A stretch of 64,000 nt of DNA from an uncultured Pseudomonadales bacterium (lineage in GTDB: Bacteria > Patescibacteriota > Microgenomatia > UBA1400 > MFAQ01). Made by a program: the position numbers and the translations under genes. The notes under the pieces are model-generated. The model did not search any database. It worked only from the letters and a program-made list of their open reading frames with translations, and was not told the origin of the DNA. The stretch covers positions 2,721-66,720 of the forward strand of contig CAZMCB010000002.1 in NCBI GenBank assembly GCA_964564895.1, read 5' to 3'. Below are positions 47,811 to 58,153 of this stretch, one piece after another; positions within the stretch are counted from its first letter, which is position 1, and every line of letters begins with the position of its first letter.

Positions 47811-48880
47811 TGGAAAAATCTAATTTAGTTACACAACTTTTAACACTGGCTTCTGAGAAAAATGCATCGGACTTGCATCTTGTGGCCGATTCATATCCTA
47901 TCTTTAGAATCATGGGGAAACTAGTTCCATATCAAGAGGCTGGTGTAATTAGTTCTACTGCTTTGATGGGACATATCACTAGTATGATGTCTGCTTCTCA
48001 AAAAGAAATATTCTTAAATGAACTGGAAATTGATTTTTCGGTGACTGTGTCTGGAAAATTTCGTTTTAGAGCTAACGCATATTTTCAGAGAGGATTACCA
48101 GCTATTTCACTACGCTATATTCCAAATGTTATCCCGAGTATTGATTCACTAGGACTTCCTGCAATTTGTCATGCTTTTGCCAAACTCAAGCAGGGATTTG
48201 TAATTGTAACTGGACCTACTGGATCAGGAAAATCTACGACTGTTGCTGCTGTAATTGATGAGATTAATGCTCTAAGGTCGGAACATATTGTAACGATTGA
48301 AGACCCAGTTGAGTTTATTCATGCCAATAAAAAATCTATTGTGAGTCAGCGTGAAATGGGAACAGATACAAAATCATGGGATACGGCATTAAAGTCTGTT
48401 TTGCGACAAGATCCAAATATTGTATATATTGGTGAGATGCGAGATGCAGAGACCATGGAAGCAGCTATGACTGTAGCTGAGACAGGGCACTTGGTATTTG
48501 CAACTTTGCACACGAATTCAGCTTCACAAACAATTGAGCGTATTGTGGATAGTTTTCCTGAGGATCAACAGCCTCAGATAGTATTGCAGCTTTCGATGGT
48601 TCTTGAGGCTGTTTTATCTCAAAGATTGATTCCAACCGTTGATGGAAAAAGAACTGTGGCTACTGAGATATTGATTGCTACACCTGCTGTTCGAAATAAT
48701 ATTCGTGAAGGAAAGACATTCCAGATTGATAATGTGATCCAGACAAGCGGAAACTTGGGAATGAGCTTACTAGAGCAGAGTTTGGCTAACTTGATAAATA
48801 CAAATGTGATTGATCGATCTGTGGCTTTGGAGTATGCAATTCGTCCAGCTGTATTAGACAAGATGGTTGTTAAAAAATGA
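47810..48880 (+). CDS. pilT: twitching motility / pilus retraction ATPase PilT
   Basis: Walker A GPTGSGKST, PilT signature AVRNNIREGK. 356 aa. Confidence 0.9.
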   Translation: MEKSNLVTQLLTLASEKNASDLHLVADSYPIFRIMGKLVPYQEAGVISSTALMGHITSMMSASQKEIFLNELEIDFSVTVSGKFRFRANAYFQRGLPAISLRYIPNVIPSIDSLGLPAICHAFAKLKQGFVIVTGPTGSGKSTTVAAVIDEINALRSEHIVTIEDPVEFIHANKKSIVSQREMGTDTKSWDTALKSVLRQDPNIVYIGEMRDAETMEAAMTVAETGHLVFATLHTNSASQTIERIVDSFPEDQQPQIVLQLSMVLEAVLSQRLIPTVDGKRTVATEILIATPAVRNNIREGKTFQIDNVIQTSGNLGMSLLEQSLANLINTNVIDRSVALEYAIRPAVLDKMVVKK

Positions 48881-50079
48881 AAAATTTTCGTTATAAAGTT
48901 CGTGATACCGAGGGAGTTTTGTCTAGTGGGACAATGGAGGCTACTGATGAGAAACAGGTTGTTTCGGTTTTAAGAGGAAAAGGCTTGTTGATTACCTCTA
49001 TCTCGGAAGAAGACCAGCTTGGTCTGGACCAACTGTTTGGTAGGTTTTCAAAACCCAAGGCAGACGAAATAACCAACTTTACGAGACAGCTTTCAACAAT
49101 GGTTGGTGCAGGCCTGCCTCTTGTTAGTGCCTTGCGTATTTTGAAGGAGCAGTCTTCGAAAAGTCTTAATTTGGTAATAGAAAAAATCTTAACTGAAGTA
49201 GAAGGAGGTTCGACCCTGGCTGATGCTTTAGAAATTTCCGGAGGCGGTTTCTCTTCAGTTTATTTGGCTATGGTTCGCGCAGGTGAGTCTGCTGGAGTTT
49301 TGGATCAAGTTCTAAGAAAGCTGGCTGATGCATTGGATAAGCAAAGAGAGTTTAAGAGTAAAACGAAAGGCGCCATGGTTTATCCTCTTATCATTTTGAT
49401 AGGCATGGTAATTATTACAATTATCATGATGGTTGTAGTGGTCCCCAAATTAACAGCCATGTATCAAGACTTTGGAGCAGATTTGCCAACACCAACAAAA
49501 ATATTGATGGGACTAAGTGGATTTTTTGTAAATTTTTGGTATTACCTAGTGGTATTTTTTGGGGTTGGAGCAGTATTGATTTCTAATTGGGCAAAAACCG
49601 AAGTGGGTTCCTTGATTGTTGAACAACTTACTTTCAGAATTCCAATTTGGGGGAAACTTCGAAAAGATCTAATAATGACCGAGTTTGCAAGAACTGTGAG
49701 TGTTTTGCTTGGTGCTGGTATTCCGATTCTGGATACTTTGCAGATTGTATCGGAAACAATTGGAAGTAAGATATACGGCGCCGAAATTAGACAAGCAGCG
49801 GTAATGGTAGAAAAAGGTGTAGGTTTGGCTGAAGCCATGAAGCAGTTGAATATATTTCCTCCAATCTTAAGTCAGATGATTTCTGTGGGTGAAGAAACTG
49901 GAAAACTTGATGAAGTTCTCGCCAAACTTGCTACTTTTTATGAAGGTGAGTCAGAGGTTAAGGTTAAGGCTCTGACAACAGCGATTGAACCAATGATTAT
50001 GGTTATTATGGGAGTTGGAGTAGGCTTCTTGGTTATTGCGGTGATTATGCCTATATATAACTTGACAAGCCAGTTCTAA
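48877..50079 (+). CDS. pilC: type IV pilus platform protein PilC (GspF family)
   Basis: Duplicated GspF domains with 3 TM helices. 400 aa. Confidence 0.9.
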   Translation: MKNFRYKVRDTEGVLSSGTMEATDEKQVVSVLRGKGLLITSISEEDQLGLDQLFGRFSKPKADEITNFTRQLSTMVGAGLPLVSALRILKEQSSKSLNLVIEKILTEVEGGSTLADALEISGGGFSSVYLAMVRAGESAGVLDQVLRKLADALDKQREFKSKTKGAMVYPLIILIGMVIITIIMMVVVVPKLTAMYQDFGADLPTPTKILMGLSGFFVNFWYYLVVFFGVGAVLISNWAKTEVGSLIVEQLTFRIPIWGKLRKDLIMTEFARTVSVLLGAGIPILDTLQIVSETIGSKIYGAEIRQAAVMVEKGVGLAEAMKQLNIFPPILSQMISVGEETGKLDEVLAKLATFYEGESEVKVKALTTAIEPMIMVIMGVGVGFLVIAVIMPIYNLTSQF

Positions 50080-50127
50080 TCGTTCATAGTGATATCTAGT
50101 TATTGTAATTATAAAAAAATAATAAAA

Positions 50128-50718
50128 ATGATTAGAACAAATAAAGGTTTCACATTAATGGAACTTTTGATTGTCATTGGTGTTTTGGGAATTTTGGCTG
50201 CCGGTCTATTGGCTGCTATTGATCCTTTTGAACAGCTGAGAAAAGCCCGTGATACAAATACACGTAATGCCACGATTGAGCTGATGTCTTCTTTGACTAG
50301 ATATTATGCCAACCACGGAGCGTTTCCTTGGAACATGACTACTTTACCGGACGTAAGTTGTAGTAGAGCTTCGGGTGGAGCTTTGGAAGCTCTTGATACA
50401 ATTGCAATTAATGCATTTTCAATTCAGGATAATGCAATGAGTACCTGTATTTCTGGGTCGGTAGTAGTTGACGGAGAGTTAAAAGATACTTTCATGGATG
50501 GTATTGGATCAACCAATATATATATTGGTTCAAGTAGTACTGATTTGACCGATTTATCGGTTTGTTTTGCTCCTGAAGGAAAATCTGCAAGATCTGATCC
50601 TTCGACTAAGTATCTTCTTGCTGGTACTGATGGAGACTACACTATTACTGATCAGAGTGGTTTGGACACTCCTGCGTGTCCTGCAAACACCGGATTATGT
50701 CTTCAGTGTTTTGAATAA
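50128..50718 (+). CDS. pilA: type IV pilin (candidate major pilin) with class III signal peptide
   Basis: MIRTNKG^FTLMELLIVIGVLGILAA prepilin cleavage/methylation motif. C-terminal cysteine pair. Start at ATG 50128. Confidence 0.8.
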   Translation: MIRTNKGFTLMELLIVIGVLGILAAGLLAAIDPFEQLRKARDTNTRNATIELMSSLTRYYANHGAFPWNMTTLPDVSCSRASGGALEALDTIAINAFSIQDNAMSTCISGSVVVDGELKDTFMDGIGSTNIYIGSSSTDLTDLSVCFAPEGKSARSDPSTKYLLAGTDGDYTITDQSGLDTPACPANTGLCLQCFE

Positions 50719-50773
50719 GAAATTAAATTAGAAAAGAGAGGGGTGTTATCCCCTCTTTTTTTGTGGAGTAGGA

Positions 50774-51604
50774 ATGATACCATTAGATATGCTACTTATT
50801 CTCTTATTTATTTTGATAATGGGTTTAGTTTGGGGATCATTTTTAAATGTTGTTATTTTTCGTATGTCTCACGGAAGTTCTCCCCTATCTGGAAGATCTA
50901 TTTGTCCAAAGTGTAAACATAAGCTAGCTTGGTTTTATAATATTCCCCTTCTTTCTTTTTTGTGGCTTGGTGGAAAGTGTGCTTATTGCAAGAAAAAAAT
51001 TTCAATTCGATATCCATTAGTCGAGGCTTTGACAGGAATATTATTTGTATGGTGGTTTTTGGTAGGTTTTAATTTTTTTCAGTTAGTAGGTTCTCCTTGG
51101 AGTATTATTCAACCTTTGTTTTGGCTATTGGTAGGAATGGTGATGCTATCCATATTCTTGACTGATTTGCTTTATATGGTGATTCCATTTAGTTTGAACT
51201 TATTGTTGTTTTCTTTGGCTTTGTTTTACAGAGTTGGATTGACTGGTTTCGGAATTATGCAACCCATAGATTTGTTTAGAGCCCTTATGTCTGGAGTTGG
51301 ACTATGTCTTCTGTTTGTAATACTTCAAATTCTAACTAAAAAAATTAAAAAAGTTGATGGCTTTGGTTTGGGAGACATATACTTGGCGCCTTCTTTAGGC
51401 CTTTTACTTGGCTGGCCTAAGATTTTGCCAGGAGTATTTATCTCGTTTACTTTGGGGGCTGTTGTAGGAGTAGCTTTAATCATCTTTGGTAAAAAGAAAT
51501 TAAATCAGTACTTACCCTTTGGACCATTTCTGATTGCAGGAACATTTATTTCTTTGTTGTGGGGAGGACAGATATGGAGTTGGTACGTTGGGCTTCTTGT
51601 TTGA
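50774..51604 (+). CDS. pilD: prepilin peptidase (A24 family)
   Basis: N-terminal CPKC...CAYC zinc motif, 8 TM helices, catalytic Asp-containing loops (GLGD). Confidence 0.85.
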   Translation: MIPLDMLLILLFILIMGLVWGSFLNVVIFRMSHGSSPLSGRSICPKCKHKLAWFYNIPLLSFLWLGGKCAYCKKKISIRYPLVEALTGILFVWWFLVGFNFFQLVGSPWSIIQPLFWLLVGMVMLSIFLTDLLYMVIPFSLNLLLFSLALFYRVGLTGFGIMQPIDLFRALMSGVGLCLLFVILQILTKKIKKVDGFGLGDIYLAPSLGLLLGWPKILPGVFISFTLGAVVGVALIIFGKKKLNQYLPFGPFLIAGTFISLLWGGQIWSWYVGLLV

Positions 51605-51635
51605 CATTTGGTTCGATTTAAAGCAAAATGAACTT

Positions 51636-52208
51636 GTGAGAAGAATAACTAGAGGTTTTACTTTGATTGAGTTAATTTTGGTGATAGCTATCATTGGAAT
51701 TTTGGCTGCCGTTGGTATTGGTTCTTATTCTCAGGCGACAGTAAAGTCTCGTGATACTCAAAGAAAGGGTGATTTAAACCAAATAGTAAAAGGCTTAGAG
51801 TCTTTTAATATTGAAGTAGGAAGATATCCAGCAGATGATGGTAACGGAAAAATACTTTGTCCAACATATAACGAGTCGACATCCCAAGTTACTGATACAA
51901 ACTGTTTTGGTGCCTTAACCGCTTCTATTGGAGATTCAAATATTATTGTTTCAGACAAAACATATACGACCTCCGTATTTATATCTAAAGTGCCAACTGA
52001 CCCAGATAATAATCGAAAATATTATTATGAAAGAACTACTACCGGATTTGCTTTATATGCCTCTTTAGAGAATCCTGAAGATAGAGATATAGTAGTCGAT
52101 GAATCTGGAGCATCGACAGTATGGGATACAAATTGCGGATCAGGTACAACTACTTATTCTTGTAACTATAAAATATCTGATTCTGGATTAATAAGAGTTA
52201 AATTATGA
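51636..52208 (+). CDS. prepilin-type N-terminal cleavage/methylation domain protein (minor pilin 1)
   Basis: GTG 51636 start gives RRITRG^FTLIELILVIAIIGILAA. The upstream ATGs in the ORF track overlap pilD. Confidence 0.7.
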   Translation: MRRITRGFTLIELILVIAIIGILAAVGIGSYSQATVKSRDTQRKGDLNQIVKGLESFNIEVGRYPADDGNGKILCPTYNESTSQVTDTNCFGALTASIGDSNIIVSDKTYTTSVFISKVPTDPDNNRKYYYERTTTGFALYASLENPEDRDIVVDESGASTVWDTNCGSGTTTYSCNYKISDSGLIRVKL

Positions 52209-52708
52209 TGAAACAAAAAGGTTTCACTTTGATAGAGTTACTAGTGACTATGGGTATTATTGCTGTTCTAACTGGTATGGCTGTATTTAACTTTAATCAA
52301 TCTAGAATGAGGGCTCGCGACGTACAACGAAAGAGTGATCTAGGTCAGTTAGTAAAAGCTTTGGAATTGTATAAAAATGATAACCGCTCATTCCCAGAGA
52401 ACCCTAGCTATCCAGTTCCAGACGAAACTGTAATGCAAACTGAGCTTCTTAATGGAGAGTATATTCAAGCCTATTTCGTAGACCCTAAAGGATCTGACTG
52501 GCAGAACTACAAATACAATACTGAAGAAGATAATACAAGGAGTTACTGGCTAATGGCATGTCTTGAAAATACATCTGACAGCACAAGAGCTACAGCAGAT
52601 CAGTGCGTTCGTTTTTATAATGGCAGAGGTGCGCCAGATCAATGTCAATGCGGTGGAAACGATAATACAAATTATACGGGTGCGATGTACGTAATTACTA
52701 ATCCATAA
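52205..52708 (+). CDS. prepilin-type protein (minor pilin 2)
   Basis: MMKQKG^FTLIELLVTMGIIAVL motif. Confidence 0.75.
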   Translation: MMKQKGFTLIELLVTMGIIAVLTGMAVFNFNQSRMRARDVQRKSDLGQLVKALELYKNDNRSFPENPSYPVPDETVMQTELLNGEYIQAYFVDPKGSDWQNYKYNTEEDNTRSYWLMACLENTSDSTRATADQCVRFYNGRGAPDQCQCGGNDNTNYTGAMYVITNP

Positions 52709-52709
52709 A

Positions 52710-53126
52710 ATGAAAAAAAACGCTTTTACTCTATTGGAATTATTGGTTGTTATTGGAATTATCGGCATACTTGTTGCCTTGGCAACGGTGTCATATTCAA
52801 AAACACAGTCAGCTGGAAGGGATTCAAGGAGAAAACAAGATATGATTTCTATTCAAAACGCTCTAGAGCAATTTTATTCTTCTGAAGGATATAAATATCC
52901 TGCAGCAAGTTGCAATGAAGCAGAAACAGAGTATTTGAAAAGTACTTGGCCTACTGATCCTGATAACTCACTTCCGTATATATATTCTGAAAACTGTTCT
53001 CCTACCGCTTACTGTGTTTGTGCTCTGCTCGAAAGAGAAGGAACGGGAAATGCAAATGGAAGTGGAAGTGTAAACTGTGATTTTGGCGGTTCTAACAATT
53101 ATTATTGTGTAGGTAATCTTCAGTGA
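52710..53126 (+). CDS. prepilin-type protein (minor pilin 3)
   Basis: MKKNA^FTLLELLVVIGIIGIL motif. Confidence 0.75.
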   Translation: MKKNAFTLLELLVVIGIIGILVALATVSYSKTQSAGRDSRRKQDMISIQNALEQFYSSEGYKYPAASCNEAETEYLKSTWPTDPDNSLPYIYSENCSPTAYCVCALLEREGTGNANGSGSVNCDFGGSNNYYCVGNLQ

Positions 53127-53127
53127 C

Positions 53128-53508
53128 ATGAAACAAAAAGGTTTTACTTTTATCGAACTCTTGGTAGTGATTACAATAATTGCAGTTGTGTTTGCTGCGG
53201 GTGTTGTGTCTTATACGGCGATCAGTAAAAATTCTCGAAACGCCAGAAGAGGTGCAGACTTGGAGGCTATTAGACAGGCCTTGGAGATGTGCAGATCAAT
53301 TGATGCTGAGTATCCGGTGAGTATTTACCCTTCTGTTATCTGCCCCTTATCAGATCCAGAAATAGTTACATTGACCAGTACTCCATTAGACCCACGACCT
53401 TGTGAGGGATACTCAGACGGAGCATATAGCTTTGTTTCCGACTCAAATACATATGTTTTGACCGCGAACTGCTATGAAGATACTCCGAAAGTTGTTACCA
53501 ATCCATGA
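53128..53508 (+). CDS. prepilin-type protein (minor pilin 4)
   Basis: MKQKG^FTFIELLVVITIIAV motif. Confidence 0.75.
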   Translation: MKQKGFTFIELLVVITIIAVVFAAGVVSYTAISKNSRNARRGADLEAIRQALEMCRSIDAEYPVSIYPSVICPLSDPEIVTLTSTPLDPRPCEGYSDGAYSFVSDSNTYVLTANCYEDTPKVVTNP

Positions 53509-54023
53509 GATCTATGAAGCGTAATGGCTTTACCTTTGTTGAGCTATTAGTTGTGATTACAATTATTATTCTTTTGTCTGGGATGGGACTGGCGGCATAT
53601 TTTAGATTTAGTCAGAGACAAGCAGCGATGAATGATGCAAGAAACTTTGCAACCACATTACGTAGGGTTCAGGCAATGGCAAAGAACTTAGTTTATCCTG
53701 AGAGCTGTGTGAGTGAGCTTACTGATTATCAAGTGTACGTGGACTGTCTTACATATGATGAAAACTGTCACGAGATAAGTGCACTGGCTTCATGCAAGAA
53801 TGCTGGTGGGTTACCAATAACTGTAAACGTAATTAATAAAGAGCGAATTTTATCCAAGGCATCTTTTTCTACCGGTTTTAATATCACTTTTGCTGCAGGA
53901 ACGGGAAGTATTGATCCTATTGGAGAGTTTCCAATAAACAATTCTAACGATCCATATACTGTGGTGATGAAAACTGATGAAAATGGAAATATCAGCACCA
54001 AAGAATATGAAGAATATCCATAA
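53505..54023 (+). CDS. prepilin-type protein (minor pilin 5)
   Basis: MRSMKRNG^FTFVELLVVITIIILL motif. Confidence 0.75.
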   Translation: MRSMKRNGFTFVELLVVITIIILLSGMGLAAYFRFSQRQAAMNDARNFATTLRRVQAMAKNLVYPESCVSELTDYQVYVDCLTYDENCHEISALASCKNAGGLPITVNVINKERILSKASFSTGFNITFAAGTGSIDPIGEFPINNSNDPYTVVMKTDENGNISTKEYEEYP

Positions 54024-54435
54024 AACCTTTTCCGGACAATCATTAATTGAGATTGTCGTTGCAGTAGGGATCATTGCAGTTGTGTTGGTGGGCGTATCAG
54101 ATCTTATTACTAGATCTTTAGGACTGGCTAGTTTTCAGGCAAATAAAAATATTGCGGTAAATATTGCCCAAAATCAAATTAATCACTACCGTTTGGTAAA
54201 AGATCAGGAGCCGGCAAGTTTTTTTACGACAAACGTTCAAGCTCTTTATGGAGACTGCGTGGGAGAAAATATTGATCCTTCAAAATTCGAGTGTACTATT
54301 TTGTATAACATAGAGTCGAACGATGCCGAAGGCTTACCAAACTTGATAAGAATAAATGTAAATATAAAATGGATTGATGGTGATAATGAAATTAATACTA
54401 GACTTTCACAACTATTAGCAAAACCAACGAAATGA
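54007..54435 (+). CDS. pseudopilin-like protein (minor pilin 6)
   Basis: MKNIHKTFSGQSLIEIVVAVGIIAVVLVG hydrophobic N-terminus with Glu at +5-like position. Start at 54007. Confidence 0.55.
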   Translation: MKNIHKTFSGQSLIEIVVAVGIIAVVLVGVSDLITRSLGLASFQANKNIAVNIAQNQINHYRLVKDQEPASFFTTNVQALYGDCVGENIDPSKFECTILYNIESNDAEGLPNLIRINVNIKWIDGDNEINTRLSQLLAKPTK

Positions 54436-54962
54436 ATAAACAGATCTCAGGATACACCTTAATTGAGTTAATAATGGCTGTCTCACTATTGGTATTGGTG
54501 TTAGTAGGTGGAACAACCATCTTCTATCGGAGTTTTCGTTCGAGTGGAGTAAGTGATGTTAAGGCTTCCCTTAATACTAGTCTTAGGACACTGGATGAGA
54601 TGATAGAGAGAAGTTTGCGCTTTGGTGAGGTAATTCGTGTAGGCGAAAATAATTTTCGAGAAGAATGTTTGTTGGCTTCCCCTACCATAGGAATATCCGG
54701 AAGTGAGTTGGTTGTTCGTGATCCTGCTGGAAGCGTCGCAGTATATTCTTTGATAGATGGTGAGGTGTCATCAAATTCAGGAGTAATAATCAGTAATCCT
54801 GAGATTGAAGTAACGAAATTGCAGTTTACCTGGTATTGTCGATCTGGAGTAAATGATAAGATGAATTTGCTTATAGAAGCTAGATCTAGATCCAATACAG
54901 GAGAAGGATCTGAGGCCTCTTTTGTTAAGGATATTAATTTACTTAATAGTGGAATAAATTAA
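54432..54962 (+). CDS. prepilin-type protein (minor pilin 7, PilW-like)
   Basis: MNKQISG^YTLIELIMAVSLLVLVL motif. Confidence 0.65.
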   Translation: MNKQISGYTLIELIMAVSLLVLVLVGGTTIFYRSFRSSGVSDVKASLNTSLRTLDEMIERSLRFGEVIRVGENNFREECLLASPTIGISGSELVVRDPAGSVAVYSLIDGEVSSNSGVIISNPEIEVTKLQFTWYCRSGVNDKMNLLIEARSRSNTGEGSEASFVKDINLLNSGIN

Positions 54963-55721
54963 ATGATAAAGACTAAACATAAAGGTCAAGTTGCTTTAGT
55001 ATTAGTTTTGATTATGACGGTAGTATCTGCTTTGGCCGTTTCTTTGGCATCTAGATCGACAGTTGACACTAGAATTCAGCAGACAGAGTCTGAGAGTGTA
55101 CAAGCACTGTTGTTTGCCCAGACTGGTTTGGAGCAGCTGATTGTTAATCCTGATATTACAAGTACAGCACCGGATGAAAACTACTTAGCTGTTAAAACTG
55201 ATGTAGGAATGGATGGTTTGTCGACAGAAAGTGTTGGTCAAGGAACTACTATTGAGTTAAATTTAGAGGGCGCGACTGCGAGTCTTACTGGTTTTCGAGT
55301 TTATTGGAAGCCAGATCTCGACAATGCAGGTGAACAGCCATCGATTTTAGTGTCACTTATTAACGATTCTGGAGAAATTTCTGATTATGCATATGCTTAT
55401 GCAGCTGGTAATGGTTTTTTAGTTGCCGAAGATGGTTCGTCTGAGGGTTATGAAAAAAGAACACCTGTAATTAGCTTATCAAGCAGTGTTGCAAAAGTGA
55501 GAATCACGGTTTTAAAGACTCCTTCGTTGTTAAAAATTGTTCCAGTTGGGGCTTTGGGTGCCGCTTTTCCTTCGCAAATAAAAAGCATTAAGTCAGTTGG
55601 AACTGTGAGTACTGGAGACAATTCTGTTAAGTATGGCTTACAGTATGATGAGTCTACCGCAGACTCTGTTCCAGCGGTTTTTGATTATGCTTTATTTTCT
55701 GGTGGAAGTATTATTCAGTAA
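54963..55721 (+). CDS. PilX-like minor pilin
   Basis: MIKTKHKGQVALVLVLIMTVVSALAVSLAS resembles the PilX N-terminal domain. Confidence 0.55.
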   Translation: MIKTKHKGQVALVLVLIMTVVSALAVSLASRSTVDTRIQQTESESVQALLFAQTGLEQLIVNPDITSTAPDENYLAVKTDVGMDGLSTESVGQGTTIELNLEGATASLTGFRVYWKPDLDNAGEQPSILVSLINDSGEISDYAYAYAAGNGFLVAEDGSSEGYEKRTPVISLSSSVAKVRITVLKTPSLLKIVPVGALGAAFPSQIKSIKSVGTVSTGDNSVKYGLQYDESTADSVPAVFDYALFSGGSIIQ

Positions 55722-55738
55722 GGTATACTAAATATAGT

Positions 55739-56752
55739 ATGGCTGCCCACTTTGGTTTAGATATTGGTTCAACTAGTATAAAGATTGTAAAGTCTGACGG
55801 AAAAAAGATTTCCAGTATAGTTGTGGCAAATAATTCTACAGGTAAAAACTTGATGGGCATGTCAAACGCGGAAAAAATTGCCTTAGCTGATCAGATTAAA
55901 GAACTGGTAAGGTCTGTTGGGTTAAAGGGTAAAAAAGTTGTCGCTTCAATCCCTGAGTCATTGGTTTACTCAAGAGTTATGAAGTTTCCTGTTATGTCTT
56001 CTCCAGAGCTCGCAACGGCAATTAAGTGGGAACTAGATCAGTCGGTCCCCTTTCCCCCCAATGAAGTTGAAACATCGTGGGCTATACTGGAAAAACCAGA
56101 CAAATTAAAAGGAGATGAAAAAATTTCAGTGTATGTCGTCGCAGTGCCAACTCCTGTGTCTGACGCTTATGTACAGCTTTTGGAGTTGATTGAGCTTGAT
56201 CCTTTGAGGCTTGAGAATGAGATTCCTGCTCTGATTCGCGCTTTTTCAGGTGTTCTTTCTAACACGACGCCTTCTGTGATTGTGGATATCGGAGCTAGTG
56301 GAACAGGGTTAATGCTTGTTGGAAAAGAAAAGATATTTGGAAACTATTATTTGCCTTATGGAGGATCAGTTTTAACAAAATTAGTGGCTGACGCTTTTGG
56401 TTTACCACTCAATCAAGCAGAAAGTTATAAGAGGACTTATGGAATGGTTAAGGATCAGCTTGAGGGGAAAATGTTTACTGTTTTAAAGCCTGCTATTGAT
56501 AACTTGTCTGGAGAGATTAAAAAAATGATTATTGCCTATCAAAATGAGTTTAAAGAATCGTCTGTTGGTAGAGTAATCTTAACGGGTGGTGGAGCATACT
56601 TATCTGGTCTTGTCCCCTATTTATCCGAAGTGTTGGAAGGTGTTGAGATTGTAATCGGAGATTCATTTTCTGGCTTGAGTGTAGATCTAAAATACAAGTC
56701 TTTGGGACCTGTGTTTGCGATTTCTTATGGTTTATCGACGGACATTTCATGA
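55739..56752 (+). CDS. pilM: type IV pilus assembly protein PilM (actin-like ATPase)
   Basis: FGLDIGSTSIKIV phosphate-1 motif, actin/HSP70 fold length. Confidence 0.85.
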   Translation: MAAHFGLDIGSTSIKIVKSDGKKISSIVVANNSTGKNLMGMSNAEKIALADQIKELVRSVGLKGKKVVASIPESLVYSRVMKFPVMSSPELATAIKWELDQSVPFPPNEVETSWAILEKPDKLKGDEKISVYVVAVPTPVSDAYVQLLELIELDPLRLENEIPALIRAFSGVLSNTTPSVIVDIGASGTGLMLVGKEKIFGNYYLPYGGSVLTKLVADAFGLPLNQAESYKRTYGMVKDQLEGKMFTVLKPAIDNLSGEIKKMIIAYQNEFKESSVGRVILTGGGAYLSGLVPYLSEVLEGVEIVIGDSFSGLSVDLKYKSLGPVFAISYGLSTDIS

Positions 56753-57297
56753 TCAAAGTAAATTTAATCAGTAAGAGAAGTCGTGCCTATAAGGGCAAAA
56801 ATTGGACAAGAATTGTGATACTTTCTTTGTTTGGCTTAATCGGACTTTATTTTATTGGTGTTACTTTATATTTGGTTATTGCTATGGTGATTACTTCTAG
56901 TAACATTAAAAAGACAAATGCTGAAGCTACTTCGATATCGAGTGTGATGTTGGCAAATAACGAAAAATTGAGTCGTTTTTTATTAACAAAATCTATCCTG
57001 TCAAAAATTACGAGTTTGGAAAAAGAAAAATTTCACTATAAGGATTATTTGGACCAGATCAGTTTATTGCTTCCTGAAGGATCTCTTTTAAATACTGTTG
57101 ATTTTGCTAACAAAGGATGGATTTCTTTGTCAGTTATCTCTGATGATTTGGCCTCTTTGGCTTTCTTGGAGAAAGCACTTCAAAACCCAAGTAACTGGAC
57201 TGGAAATAAGTTTTTTTCTGGAGCATACATTGAGTCCGTCTCTCGATCAAAAACAAACTCTTACATAACTCGTTTACAACTAGAACTTAAAAAATAA
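56749..57297 (+). CDS. pilN: PilN-like bitopic membrane protein
   Basis: MIKVNLI...single TM then periplasmic domain. Overlaps pilM stop. Confidence 0.7.
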   Translation: MIKVNLISKRSRAYKGKNWTRIVILSLFGLIGLYFIGVTLYLVIAMVITSSNIKKTNAEATSISSVMLANNEKLSRFLLTKSILSKITSLEKEKFHYKDYLDQISLLLPEGSLLNTVDFANKGWISLSVISDDLASLAFLEKALQNPSNWTGNKFFSGAYIESVSRSKTNSYITRLQLELKK

Positions 57298-58103
57298 TGG
57301 CTGAAAATAAAATCATTGGTTATAAAAATATATTTGGCTTTGTTCTCCCTGACTGGGTTGATGAAGGCACTATTCGTTTGTTGGTTACATTTTTATTATC
57401 TGCGGCCGCTATGTTGTTTGTATTAATATTTTTCATTTGGCCAAGATTTGATGATTTGGCATTAAAAAGAACAGAATTATCCAAAGGCCAAGAAAAACTC
57501 GCTTCGCTAAAGAACTCAAAACAAGGATTTGATAAATTGAGTGAACAAATTCCTGAAGAGACACAGAACCTTGTGCTTTCAGCTATTCCCCAAAATTACT
57601 CGCCAGAAAACGCCGTCTTCTTGCTTAGGAGAATCGCAAATGAAACTGCAGGTGTGTCGATCGTGTCATACAAATTACCTTCCGGAGTATTATTTGAAGG
57701 CGATGGTAAAAAAACAGATAAAAAAGATGTAACCGAAATGGTTAGTTTTTTGAGTTATCCTATTAGGCTTGTAGTTACAGCACCGGTTTCTGCTTTGCTG
57801 GAGTTTATAAAAAGGATTGAAACCTCTCTTCCTTTTGGTATGGTATCAGATGTGGGTATGCAAGAAATCACAAAACTTGCTAAGTCTACAACTACGAAAT
57901 CTATTCAAATGGAGATAGAGGTCATGTATTATCAAGCTTTAGTAAATAAGGTTGATATTTCAAAAATTGATCAAATTTCTCCACAAGACTTGGCGTTGGT
58001 AAAGACTTTGTCTGAATATTCAAAAGTAGGATCTGTTGTGGATACCGATGTAGCCCCAGTGACGGATTCTACTGGCTTGTCGGGTAGCTTGTTTGGTTTC
58101 TAA
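57297..58103 (+). CDS. pilO: PilO-like bitopic membrane protein
   Basis: TM helix followed by coiled coil. Position after pilM-pilN. Confidence 0.6.
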   Translation: MAENKIIGYKNIFGFVLPDWVDEGTIRLLVTFLLSAAAMLFVLIFFIWPRFDDLALKRTELSKGQEKLASLKNSKQGFDKLSEQIPEETQNLVLSAIPQNYSPENAVFLLRRIANETAGVSIVSYKLPSGVLFEGDGKKTDKKDVTEMVSFLSYPIRLVVTAPVSALLEFIKRIETSLPFGMVSDVGMQEITKLAKSTTTKSIQMEIEVMYYQALVNKVDISKIDQISPQDLALVKTLSEYSKVGSVVDTDVAPVTDSTGLSGSLFGF

Positions 58104-58140
58104 AAAAACAACCCTCTTTCGAGAGTTGTTTTTTTTCAAT
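58104..58140. terminator. bidirectional rho-independent terminator
   Basis: AACAACCCTC-tttc-GAGAGTTGTT hairpin flanked by A7 and T8. Separates the convergent pilO and KH-protein genes. Confidence 0.7.
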
Positions 58141-58153
58141 AAATTAATTTTGC

